A DNA stretch of 63,973 nucleotides, the filler included, from Basidioascus undulatus (taxonomy: Eukaryota), in NCBI GenBank assembly GCA_000826855.1. It is 4 parts of 4 records of this genome, joined end to end, with 100 filler letters (N's around TTAATTAATTAA, not from the genome) between each part and the next. Parts side by side here need not be neighbours in the genome. Positions count along the whole stretch, not along the records: positions 16,302 to 32,490 come from JTLS01000602.1; positions 32,591 to 48,736 come from JTLS01000603.1; 2 more parts are not named here. One strand, written 5' to 3'. Of the stretch, positions 25,577 to 36,349 are shown one piece after another (the stretch's first letter is position 1; the number at the start of each line of letters is the position of its first letter). Under the pieces are notes generated by a model, which worked only from the letters and a program-made list of their open reading frames with translations, searched no databases and was not told where the DNA came from. Both the position numbers and the translations under genes were made by a program.

Positions 25577-26676
25577 ATGAGGTATTGTCCGCCGCCGCCG
25601 CCCTGGAAGCATGCCCCTTTTAAGTACCGCAAACGCGACTGTGCACTACAACACCGAGGTACCCTGCTCTTCCTGTTACAAAGCTTCGAATCCTACCCGA
25701 CGACGAACAAACGAGGTCACCTCCGTCGACAAGACCTCTTCATCTACCTACAAGCTCTCGACGAACCCGCCTCTCCCTTCTCTCCCAACCTTCGATGCCG
25801 TCCTCATCTGCCTCCCTCTCCTCTCGTCATCCACCACACCGACCCTTCCCGCCTCAGCTGTCGCGGTCCCCGAATCCCCTATGGGGAGATGCACGTCACG
25901 ATCGCCGTACCGACCAACTCCACCGTCTCGCCCGCATTCTTCGGTGGTCCGGCCTCGTCGGTGCTCAGCACCGACTAAGCTGTGCGCGCCGGCAACTTGA
26001 TGGGCCCCCTGCCCGTCATTTCGGCTTCCCAATTCGCCCAGTTCGACAACGGGCAGTTCTGAGTGTATAAGATATTCTCGGAGACGGACAAGAGCGACGA
26101 AGAGCTGGATGAGATCTTTGGTCAGGGGACTGTGCAGTGGGCTTGCCGCAAGACCGTGCGTTGATTTGTTGCTTCGAGGGGTCGAACCTTCTGTTTCCCT
26201 CGTTGCTAACCTGCGTTTGGTCATTAGTTCAACGCTTACCCTCGGTAAACCGTGAACGTCGACTCCACTTAACGAGGCCTTGTCTTCTGTTAATATGCCA
26301 ATCCAACGTATCACGCAGCCTGACCCCCAACCCTACTTTCCCGCCCGTCGTTCTCGACGAAAACCTCCTTTACGGTGGTGCCTTTGAGCGTTTCGTCTCC
26401 AAGTACGTCCAAGCCTTGCTTGAGCACCATCCAGCATTCCCCCACGTCGACCGCTTTGCCTTCCTCATTCACAGCTTGGATACCCAGACGCTCGTTGGGC
26501 GGAATCTGGTCGGCCTCCTTGCGGACAGTTGGGGTTGGAGCGGTTGGAAGGAGGGCCGTGGCTCAGCTGCTCAGCCAGAGCGTCATCACCAGGTGGCCGA
26601 GGGAGCGTCTGAAAAGGTTGCAAAAGGGACAATGTTGTGTTTTCAAATAACCGCGATATTTCATCACTTGGGATGA
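25577..26676 (+). pseudogene. Possible hypothetical-protein relic
   Basis: Protein-like fragments (VYKIFSETDKSDEELDEIFGQGTVQWACRKT followed by a GTGCGT donor; LDENLLYGGAFERFVSKYVQALLEHH) occur in mixed frames. No family was recognised. Confidence 0.25.
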
Positions 26677-27401
26677 CTCGACTGCTTGATACAGCAGGGG
26701 TGAGGATTGCTTGCAACGGAAACAAAGCTGCAGGCGACAGCATTTTGCCCTGGGGACGGTACCTCCGTCCGTACTGTGTCTCGAGACTGACCTGGTCGAA
26801 GTTGTTTGCTGCTGAATCTGCAGACTAGTACTGGAGTCGAGACTCGAGGGTGGAAGTCTAAACAAGGGCATTCAAATGGTGCACTCTCCATTATGATATC
26901 CCACTGACACAGCATGACAGACCACGACTGTACCCACTGCTGCCAAGTAAAGCATCTGAGATACGTCTGCGCAAAGCACAGCCAAGCGAAGTTGACAGAA
27001 AAGACGAACATGTTCGGATAATACATTTTATCAAACACAAACAGAGAGAACGCGAGAGCGTGCGCTTGAATAGGATGAGCAAGCGGGAGAGAGTGCAAAA
27101 AAGACAGTGCGAAGAGGAAGGAGGACCGAGAGACACAGATCGGCTTAACAAGACAGAACCGGGGGACATGAAGACGCGGAAGGGGCACCATCGCTACGGG
27201 AATGGGAATGAGAAGGGGGATAAATCTACACGGAAAGCTGTAAAGCGATACGTAACGTAGCGAGGACCATAGCAGCAAGCCAGAGAGGGAGGGGGACGTA
27301 AAGAGTCTGCGGACCGAACCGAGAGAGAGCCCAAATGCGCAACCGAGAGAGAGAGTGAGAAGGAAAAGGACACGGAAGAGAGATAAAGACCGCAGTGCGC
27401 A

Positions 27402-30400
27402 TCACTCGATGATCTCGAACCTGCCGCGCTTCCCCTCGGGCCCATCTTCGCCTGCGCCTCCCGGCCCGCCGTCCCAGCTGCGCTTGGTCGCGTTCGGGAT
27501 GGGCGAGTTGCTCGTGGTGGATGACGGGGAGCCGTCCATGGCGCCCGAGGCGAGGATGCCGTGCAGCATGCTCATGTAGTGGTCGTCCGAGAAGCCCATC
27601 CCCGCGAGCGGGTTCACAGTCTCCTCATCGCCCGGGTTCGAGCCGCCCGCACCCGCGCCGCCGCCCTCGGCGGAGGGCAGCGAGAGCGCGCCATGCGTGA
27701 GCGCTTCGGAGAGGGCCTGGTCCGAGAGCGGTGGAAGGCCGAGCGCGCGCGGGATCTCCGAGAGCTGCTGCATCGTCTTGAGGTGGATCAGGTGTTTCTG
27801 AAACACGCACATGAGATGTCAATATCAGTAGGGCTCGGAGGGAGCGAACAGAACCATGCACCTCAAGCATGCCGAGCAGACCCTCCTTCGTGAACGGCTT
27901 CGGCAAAATGTCGTTCATGCCTGCATTCCGCCCACTCGTCAAGCCTGCGATCGGTGTTGGGCGTGCACCGGAGACACGCACCGTGCGAGAAGTAGTTGAG
28001 GATCTCGTTCGGGTTCGAGTTGGACGTCATAGAGATGATGGGGGTCATAGGATCGAACTGGCGGATCAAGCTCGTCGCGGACACGCCGTCCAAGTTGGGC
28101 ATAACGATGTCCTAATCCCCACCGCGCATCCCTCCATCTCAGCACCCACCGCACCAGCATACGCAGCGAAGCCAACACACGCACCATGAGCACCAGGTCG
28201 TACTTCTCCAAGTTCATCTTGTTCACGGCGCTGACGCCGTCGACGGCGACGTCGATCGTGCACCCGAAGACTTGCAAGAACTTCGAGCTGAGCTTGCGGC
28301 ACACCGCGTCGTCCTCGACGAGGAGCACGCGTGGGGGGACCGCCCAGCCGGGGACGAACGTGCTCCTGCGGACGCGGAGCGTCTGCTGGCCGGGCGAGGG
28401 CGGCTGGCCGGCGGGGGCGGGCACTGCGCTGGCGGGGATGGCGGAGGTGGACGCCGTTGACCCGGGCGCCAGCTCATCGGGCGCGTACGCATAGCTACTG
28501 CTGTTCGTCGCGCCGCTGTCGTCGTCCGTCCGCGGCCGGAGGTGGCCGACCGTGAACACGCGCAGTCCGTTCCCGTTCGGGACGTCTCCCCCGCCGAACC
28601 CGCCTACCGCAGCGCTCTGGTCGTGCGGCGGGTGCATGAAGAACGGCGCAGGCGGCGGCTTGGACTGCTGCTGCGCGCCGTTGGCGGGCGAGGGGGAGTC
28701 GCCCGCCGTGCCCGGGCGAGCGAGCGGGTCCGCACCCGCACTGCGGTCGACCGAGCTCACCGTCGTGCCGGTCGACGCAGGGCTCTCGCCCGTCGCGCGC
28801 TCTTTGCCCTTCGAGCCCGTCGGTGGGGCGGTGCCAGGGATGCTCGACGTCGAGGCGGCCGAGGTCGTCGCGCCCCCGCCGCCGAGCTGCCACGATGGGT
28901 CGAACAGCTGCTGCTGCTCCGGCGTCGGACCGAACCCGTCGATGCTCGCTGCCCGGCGCGAGATCTCGTTCATCTGCGCGAAGCTCGCGCGCGCGACCTC
29001 GGTGTAGGACGCGATGAGCTTCTGCGCTTGGTCGGAGGGGACGAACGGCGTCTCGCCCGTTTGCGCGGTGTCCTTGTCGTGCGATTTGGAGTCTGTCCAC
29101 ATGGGCCGGCCATGAACGATAAGCGCCAGGGAATGAGGAGATATCAGTGAAACGCGGATGGAAAGACTGACCGGCCTCGAGGTTGACCAGGTACTGGATC
29201 AAGCTCTGCATCAACTGGTCCTGCGCAACGAGGTTCTTCTGGAAGTTGAGCATCTCGCCGATGACGCCCTGGTAGTTGCGCTGGAGCCCTCCGATGTGCG
29301 TATACATCTCCTGCTGCATCCGCGCAAGCGAGTCGAGCTGCGACCGCAACCCTGCGACGTCGTGCCCCGACGCGGGCGGGCCGCCGTCCGCGGGGCCCGG
29401 CGTGCCTTGCGCCGTAGGCTTCTTGCCTGTTGGTGCTTTTCGCTGGAGATGAAATGTGGGGCGTGAGAGTTGGGTGGGAAGGCGGCACGGAGAAAGTGGG
29501 AAGGAAGACGCACTCGGATGTTCTCGAGCAGGTGTCGTTGGTTCGCCTTGAACTCGGGATGTTTGAACTCCCACGTCTGGTCGCCCCACGGCCGCTCCTC
29601 GCCCTCCTCGCGCTTGACCTGTCCCGGGACAAGGGAAGTCCCTCCCATCAGCACGCGCTCCAACTTTACACCTAGCATCCGCTAATCTGTGATCTTACCT
29701 TGTGGAAGTCGTACTTGTTCAGTTGCCGTACGAACGACGCAAAGTTCGAGTGCTTGAAGTGTCGAGGAAGAATGTGCCGCGTGAAATCGTTCATCTCCTA
29801 AATGATGGAGGGAGGTCAGCGCGCTGGCAATGGTACGAAAGTAAACCGGCGAAGACGTGCCTTGACCACGAACGAGTCCCCTGATGGTGTCCAGCCGACG
29901 ATGTGCGCGTACGACGTGTCCTCCAGCATCCTAATCCCGCCGGCAATGTTGAGCACCACCTCATCCAGCGTCGCCCAACCATTCGCGACTCACATGTACA
30001 GCTTCTTCACAAAGTCGCTCGGCCCTCCAGTGGGCGGGCCTCCCCCACCCGCGCTCCCACCCGCGCCTTCCCGCCCCATGCCATCACCTTGCGGTGGCAG
30101 CTGCTGATGGGATGGCGGCTGAGGCGGCGGGGGAGCGTTGGGGTCATACCCGCCCAGTGCGCCGCCGGTGTACAGCTGCGCCGACTCGGCCTTGACCTTG
30201 CGGCGCTGGGCGGCGGCGGCCACCGCCGCTGCTTGTTGCTGCTGATGCTGCGCCTGCGCGTGTTGTTGCTGCTGCTGTTGTTGGACGGAGGGGTGGTGCG
30301 GGACGTGAGGGGGGAGCGCGGGATGCTGCCACGTTGTGCGGCCGGTTGCGGATTCTGGTAGAGGAAGCAGGGGCAAAGGGGGCGTCAGTTTCGAAACGCG

Positions 30401-30860
30401 TCGCCTTCGAAGTTTGTAGGTTTTGCGGCGCATAGTGAGCACAGGAACAGTGGCCTTGAACGCCCCGAAGCCCCCATGAATGCAAAGCCGCGAGGTGTCC
30501 TGTCCGATCTCCCCTGAACCCAGGCGTGGATGTACGTATCCTGGGGTGCTTTGCCCCTGCAACCTTCGGGCTCCCTTCAAAATCTGGCACTTGAAGCGTA
30601 TGCTCACCTATGAAGAGGTTCCGCTGGGCGCTGTGGTCCCTGATCACCGCCCACCGCACCGTCAGCATCGCGAACCCTGTGTCTCCCGCGCTCGTCCCCT
30701 TCGCTCGACGGACGCACCACTGCGCCTGCCAGCCGGGCGGTAGAGGTGCGTGCTGGATATTCTGTGGATGATGTGGGTGCTGGGGCGGCGGTGGGCGCTG
30801 GTGGGCCTGCGCCTGTGCCGCATGGTAGGCGTGCGGTGTGGGCGGCAACGGCTGGGGCAT
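27402..30860 (-). CDS. SKN7: Skn7/Prr1-type response regulator: WW + HSF DNA-binding domain + coiled coil + receiver domain
   Basis: HSF domain [13 protein letters not shown]...[20 protein letters not shown], and receiver domain [19 protein letters not shown]...[15 protein letters not shown]...ILPKPFTK with the phospho-acceptor Asp retained. Confidence 0.93.
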
Positions 30861-32490
30861 GGCGGGGGTGGTGAGTGTGCGAAAGGCGCGTCGGGGAAGC
30901 GGCGCCCGGGTCGAGCGGCGTCTGAGTGGATGCCTGGCGCCGCGTGAGCTGGTCCTGGTGGCGGTGGTCGATACTGATAGCGAGGAGGAAGGGCGCAACG
31001 GCGAGGACGAGGGTGGGAACGGGGACGATCGGCGAGGAGGGGAGGAGTGGAGGGAGACAAGCGGGCGAAGGCGAAGGGGAATGCGGCAGGCGGCATGATC
31101 AGACCGCTGGGCGCGAGGCGCTCAGTATCGCTATAAGTTTGACAGCACCATTAGCAATCTGAGAGTCGCCTACAAAAGTTACTAGTAATGCTGCAAGTGT
31201 CTGAGATAATTGCAGCAGCGCGGCAAGCTGCACGCAGCATATCAAATTGCCTGGGCGTTTCGAACCCCCGTTCTCATTCCTACCACCTATTTTCCTTCAT
31301 GTTCACGGTGAGAGAAACTCCTCCGAGTGCCCAAGAAGGCTGTCCACACTCAACCATACATGATTTAATCGCGAGAGCTTGACCGGCGACGGCGAAGTTA
31401 ACATTGTCCATGTCTTGTCCTTCCTCGTCCTTCAGCTTGTCCTGCACGACAGTCGGCACAATCATGTGACACTATTTTTGTGGCAGCTGTCCTGCAGTGC
31501 TTTGGTGCATGCATGGCCAAAGCAAGTATAACTGACTCTTTCCAAGTATCAGGATCAACGGAGCCTCCAGCGTGCGCGAGCGCGCGAGGTCACTTGAAGA
31601 CGGGGGATGGATGGGCGTTCTGTGGGCTCGCTGCTGAATGGAAAGGAAACGCCGAAATTAAACATAGTCACCACTCCAGCCTACAGTTTCGAGCGCATAT
31701 CCCAGAGCTTCAAACGGAAGCGAGAGCATTGCTGCTTGTGAGGAAGAGGTGGCGGTTCGGTCTGTTTCCAGCTGTGTCGTGCGTCTTCCGAATGTGATTT
31801 GATTTCTTTCATATAATTGAAGTCAGCTTCAGTTTCCAATATGCTCACATAACAGTTATCAGTCTTTTTTGAAGTGTACCTTGTAAGCAGTACTTACACG
31901 AAATGCAACTTGCTTGCACTGGACTGCAACAGCTGGTCCGCTCCTCTTCTCTTCTGTGATTATGGGCTAGGGTGGCAACAGCGCGCAATACCTTAATGAT
32001 TCCCCCCTTATTTCTTCACCTCACACACCGATAGAAGGTACTGTCCTCCATGAGACAGCTTGAAGGGCAATTGAGCTAGCTTCAGCCCAGCTTCCAACTT
32101 CCTGGTAGCCGTCCTACCACGCAACGTCCCAGGTCTTTGACCAATTTTCAGCTCTGATTGCCTAGTTTCCAATGAAGGATTGTGCCACCTTGGAGCAAGT
32201 TTCAGAAGATTGCTAAGGCCCAGCTATCATCCGCTGAAGTCTTCATCGCCAAAAACCGCCCGAGCGGAATTAATCCCCAGCAACGTTAGTCGCCGAGCAG
32301 GCTTCACAGCCACATCGAGGTATTTTCCGCACTCTCACATATCCTTTTTTTTAACATGCAGTACTCATCCAGAGTCCACATCCAAACGAATAGGCAAAAA
32401 GCGAAAATCAGCAAACCAAGCAACACCGTCTCTCCGCGGCCGTCGAGGAGCACGATAGATACCCTCCACCTCCACCTCCCCGCCCTCCGC

Positions 32491-32590
32491 NNNNNNNNNN
32501 NNNNNNNNNNNNNNNNNNNNNNNNNNNNNNNNNNTTAATTAATTAANNNNNNNNNNNNNNNNNNNNNNNNNNNNNNNNNNNNNNNNNNNN
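32491..32590. other. Assembly gap with TTAATTAATTAA spacer
   Basis: N run that truncates the aminotransferase 3' end. Confidence 0.95.
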
Positions 32591-33773
32591 TGTGGCGCCG
32601 CGCCGGTCAGAATGTGTTGCCAGCGAACGCTTGCTGGATGTGCATGGTGACAACCTCTCCTTACCTGGAAGCAATCCGAGATTTTGAGCGCCTGAGCCAA
32701 GAACTCCTTCCCCGCGACGATCGCCCCGATGCGATGGCCGGGGATCGCAAAGTCCTTCGAGCAGCTATGCAGCTGCACGACCGTCTCGCGCCAGTCCGAA
32801 CCTTCCTCTCCCGTTGGCTTGGGCTCAGCAAGCAGGTCGTGCGGCCGCGACTGCCCCTTGGGGAGGAACGAGCAGTATGTCGAGTCGAGCACGAGCGCGA
32901 TGTTGCGCTCGCGCGCCAGACGCACGAAATCGAGCACCGTTGCGGCAGGGTAGGACACGCCGCACGGATTGTTGGGCGTTACGAGGACGATGGCGCGCGT
33001 GCTGGAGTCGATGAGGGAGGCCGCGACCGAGGCGGAGGGGATGAAGTGGTCGTGGGCGGAGCAGGGGAGACTGGGGCGGGCAGAGGAAAGGAGGCAACCG
33101 TCAGGTACATTCGAAACACTAGGCACCAAGGGACAATATTACGGGATGTTGTTTATACGGAGCTGGGAGAGAGTCTGTGCGTGGTTGAAGTAGTAGGGCT
33201 GTAAGAGGGAGGTTCAGCGTTCGGCAGGCTCGTCAAAGGCTTTAGCAGTCTACGGACAGTCGGGAGGATGATGGATGAGCCCGGAGGACAGAGCGCCAGC
33301 ATCGTCGTATAGAACGCGGCGTTACATCCTGAACCGCAGCACAAGTCAAGATCAAAGTCAGCCTGCAGTAGGTCGTCATGCAAGTCATCGCTCCCTCACC
33401 CGCAGTGACAGCAATCTCCTCCTCCGACACTCTCGCGGCGTACGCCTCGTTGAAGTCCTTCGCAAGAGCAGTTCTCAACGTCCGATCGCCAGCGATATCG
33501 CCATAGCCTGCAGATAAAGTCTGGTCAGTCGTCGCTGAACCGCATGTCTTTCACGAGTCGGCCATGACACGCACGCGTTGCCTCCTCCATCCGCGCCGCA
33601 TCAGCCAGCGCCTCCAGAAATGGGGGCGGCGGCGGCGTGCCCGGCACGCCCTGCGAGAGGTTGAGCAGCGGCCCGAGCGCGCCGTCGTAGGACGCTGCCC
33701 AGGCTTGCGCGAGGGGGATGGGCGGTGCGGAGGTGCGCACGACCGAGTCGTTGAGTGTGAAGGATGGCCGCAT
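32591..33773 (-). CDS. PLP-dependent class I/II aminotransferase (3' end lost in the gap)
   Basis: LLNLSQGVPGTPPP, IAVTAGCNAAF, PYYFNH, AIVLVTPNNPCG, LVLDSTY and PLP-lysine motif SCSKDFAIPGHRIG. Confidence 0.9.
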
Positions 33774-33780
33774 CGAGGGC

Positions 33781-33825
33781 TCGAGTTCGAGTTCGAGTGT
33801 TCGAGTTCGAGTTCGGGTGTTCGAA
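33781..33825. repeat. (TTCGAG)n-type short tandem repeat in the aminotransferase 5' leader
   Basis: tcgagttcgagttcgagtgttcgagttcgagttcgggtgttcgaa directly upstream of the ATG. Confidence 0.8.
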
Positions 33826-34550
33826 GGAATGGGGTCAGTGAGCCCGTTTCAAGAGGTCAGTGAGGTGGGAATGGAAGAGTGAGCGCTGAGGGAGGGACTA
33901 GATGAGCGTAGTTGCGGGGCAAGCGAGGCTTGCTTGAGGAAGCGACGCATGCAGAACCCTGCGCTGGTGATAAGAGCCGAGGTTCGCTTGGTTGCGGCAA
34001 CGTTGGTCCTGTCCAGTCATGTGGGCTTGTAAGGTGATCCGGGCGCGGTGAAGTTTCTCGGGAAGGTGAAGGGAGTGCCTTGCCGCGGACCCACTACAGA
34101 ACAGAACCCACTACAGAACAGAACGAGACTTCATACTGCAGTCAAAGGTAAACGTATGACCGCATTGTATGCGGCCACGCAAATGCAACATTACAAGTAG
34201 TACAGGCGAAGTGAAGAGAGAACAGTCCGTAAAGTACCGACAAAGACGCTGCACCGGAAACCCAAGAGACAAAGAAACGCAACCCAACGCCCAAACCGAC
34301 CCGTCGTCCACGCACACCATCACCGCACCAGCTCCTTCCTGACGTCGAGTCCTCGCTCCACACACATCAACGTACCCAAACCAACGGAACCACACGAGCC
34401 GCATCAACAGAGACCAGCGCGCTCAACACCCGGAGGCGGAGCAGCAGCGGTCCCAGGTCGAGCGGGCAAGATGGTGGACGTCGAGTGGGAGGCGTAGAGG
34501 GTAGAGGGCGAGAGGCGAAGACGGGAGAGAAGGGTAGGGATGGCACGGGG

Positions 34551-35650
34551 TCATGCGCAGATGGCGGGGAGGTCGGAGAGGAAGGCTGAGAGGTCGTAGT
34601 CGTCTTGGGAAGGGAATTCGGTGCTGGTGAATGCGCCGACGTCGAGCGGGCTGTTCAGAAGGGAGAGCGAGGCGGCGGGCGAGGCGGCGCCGAACGGGTC
34701 GTCGTCTTCCGCCGTTGTCGTTGACGCGGCGTAGGACAGGTGCGCGGGCGTAAAGAGATGCGCAGCCGGCGGGTCGAAGACGACGTCGTCTTGCGCGGGG
34801 GAGAGGGACGGAGATGCAAGGGAAGGAGAAGGGTCTTGGGGTGCGGCGGTGTTGAACAGCGCAGATAGGTCGGACGGCAAGACGAGCGCGGAGGCGGCGT
34901 CGTTGACGGCCGGCGAGTCGGACAGGCGAGCAGCCGCTGCAGGGCCCCGCTCCTCGTGAGAGGACGGGACGCCCTCGCTGCAGGAGGGCGAATGCTCGTG
35001 TCGCTTTCGTCGACGGTCGCGGACAGCGCCGGGGGCGTCATCGTGGATGGGGAAGGGACCTCGGAAGTGGTGGCTGTGCTGCTGTTCAGGCCGGAAGACG
35101 CTGTCTTCTTGAGCATCTCCATGAGCGCGCCGAGCCCGTCCTCGAGGCTCTTGACTCGTTCGCGGAGCTCCCGGTTCTCGCGCTCAAGGACTGCCACGCG
35201 CGGGGACTCGGCGGACGAAGTGGACGGAGATGTGGACGCGGTAGGCGTGCTGGAAAGCAGGGCGGTGTTTTCGGCCTCGAGGTGGGCCACGCGGGCTTCG
35301 AGCTCGGAGAGGTAAGCTTTCCTGTTGATGGCAAAGAGCTAGGTCAGTACTAGAATGCCCCAATGGAACCGCCAAAGAACGAGAAAGAGAACGCACTTCT
35401 TGTCGCGCGAGATCTGTGCCGCCTGGCGGTTGCGCTGCATCCTCGCGGCCTTGCGCTGCTCGGACGTGATGGGAGCGTCGCGCGGGGGCGGGGACAAGCG
35501 GTCGCTAGCGCCGCTATCGGAGGGGGTCGCGGGCGCCTTGCGCTTCTTGGAGAAAGAGGGAGCCGGAGAGGGAATGGAATAGGAGGACATGGTGGGTGCG
35601 GGCGAGGTCGACATGGAGAGGATGTTGGGATTGACGAATGCGGTAGTCAT
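34551..35650 (-). CDS. HAC1: bZIP unfolded-protein-response transcription factor (Hac1/Hxl1/Cib1/XBP1 type)
   Basis: bZIP EQRKAARMQRNRQAAQISRDKK|KAYLSELEARVAHLEAEN, one spliceosomal intron in the basic region, plus a 41-nt Ire1-type intron. The spliced form ends at 34551 and the unspliced form at 34655. Confidence 0.88.
34940..34980 (-). other. Unconventional (Ire1-cleaved) 41-nt intron
   Basis: Both ends lie in 7-nt CTG|CAGC loops on stems (CGCCCTC/GAGGGCG and GGCC/GGCT). There is no GT-AG, and removal joins the two reading frames. Confidence 0.88.
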
Positions 35651-35822
35651 GGCGGGTCGTGAACGGAGTGAGAATTAAAGGATGGAAAGAAAAACGGTAA
35701 GGAAAGACGTGGAGATGAGGGGATGAGGGATGTAGACGTGGAAGGTGGCGGTAGGATGGCAACTAGAGCGGTCTCGCATGGATTCGACACACAGTGCCGG
35801 CGGCTGCACAGCACGCAACGTG

Positions 35823-35858
35823 GAAGTTTCGTGGAAGTTTCGCGAAACTTTCGCGAAC
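35823..35858. promoter_or_regulatory. Heat-shock element (nGAAnnTTCnnGAAn) upstream of the HAC1-like gene
   Basis: GAAgtTTCgcGAA at 35834-35846, with additional GAAgtTTC and TTCgcGAA pairs on either side. Confidence 0.6.
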
Positions 35859-36349
35859 ACATTTTTTTTTGTGTTGTAATGTCAAAAATTCCATCTCGTC
35901 CGATGGTGAAGGTGCAGCATCCTGTGCACATGTTTTTACAGTATTCGTTCCCTATCCTAATTCGAAATTATCAAAGACACGTGGCGAAAAGTGCCTTTGA
36001 TTCAAGGCAGTCCGAGCGCCACTCCCATGCCGTCAGTCTTCGTCTGACCAGTATGGAGATCCGTTGGTCATATCATGAGTAGCAAATACATACAAAATGA
36101 GTGTCCAAGGATAGGAAGTGAGGGGGCGCAGTGCCTCAATGAAGCCACTCGAGTCGCACAGCCGCTCGAAGACTCTCCGCACCCGAACAAGGCAGCGTTC
36201 TACGCGAGGACAAGGTTCCAGTTCCAGACTTCTCGTTGGTTCATGAGATCAATCGAGACAAAGAGAAAGTATGTGAGAGGATTCCCTTTGAAATGCGTTG
36301 AAGGGCCATTCTCGGCCTTCCGTCAGCACTGAGGGATGGGTAAGCTGTT

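Noticed and set aside
34089..34124. 17-bp tandem duplication (ACCCACTACAGAACAGA)
   Set aside because: A simple slippage duplication with only two units and no spacers; not CRISPR-like.
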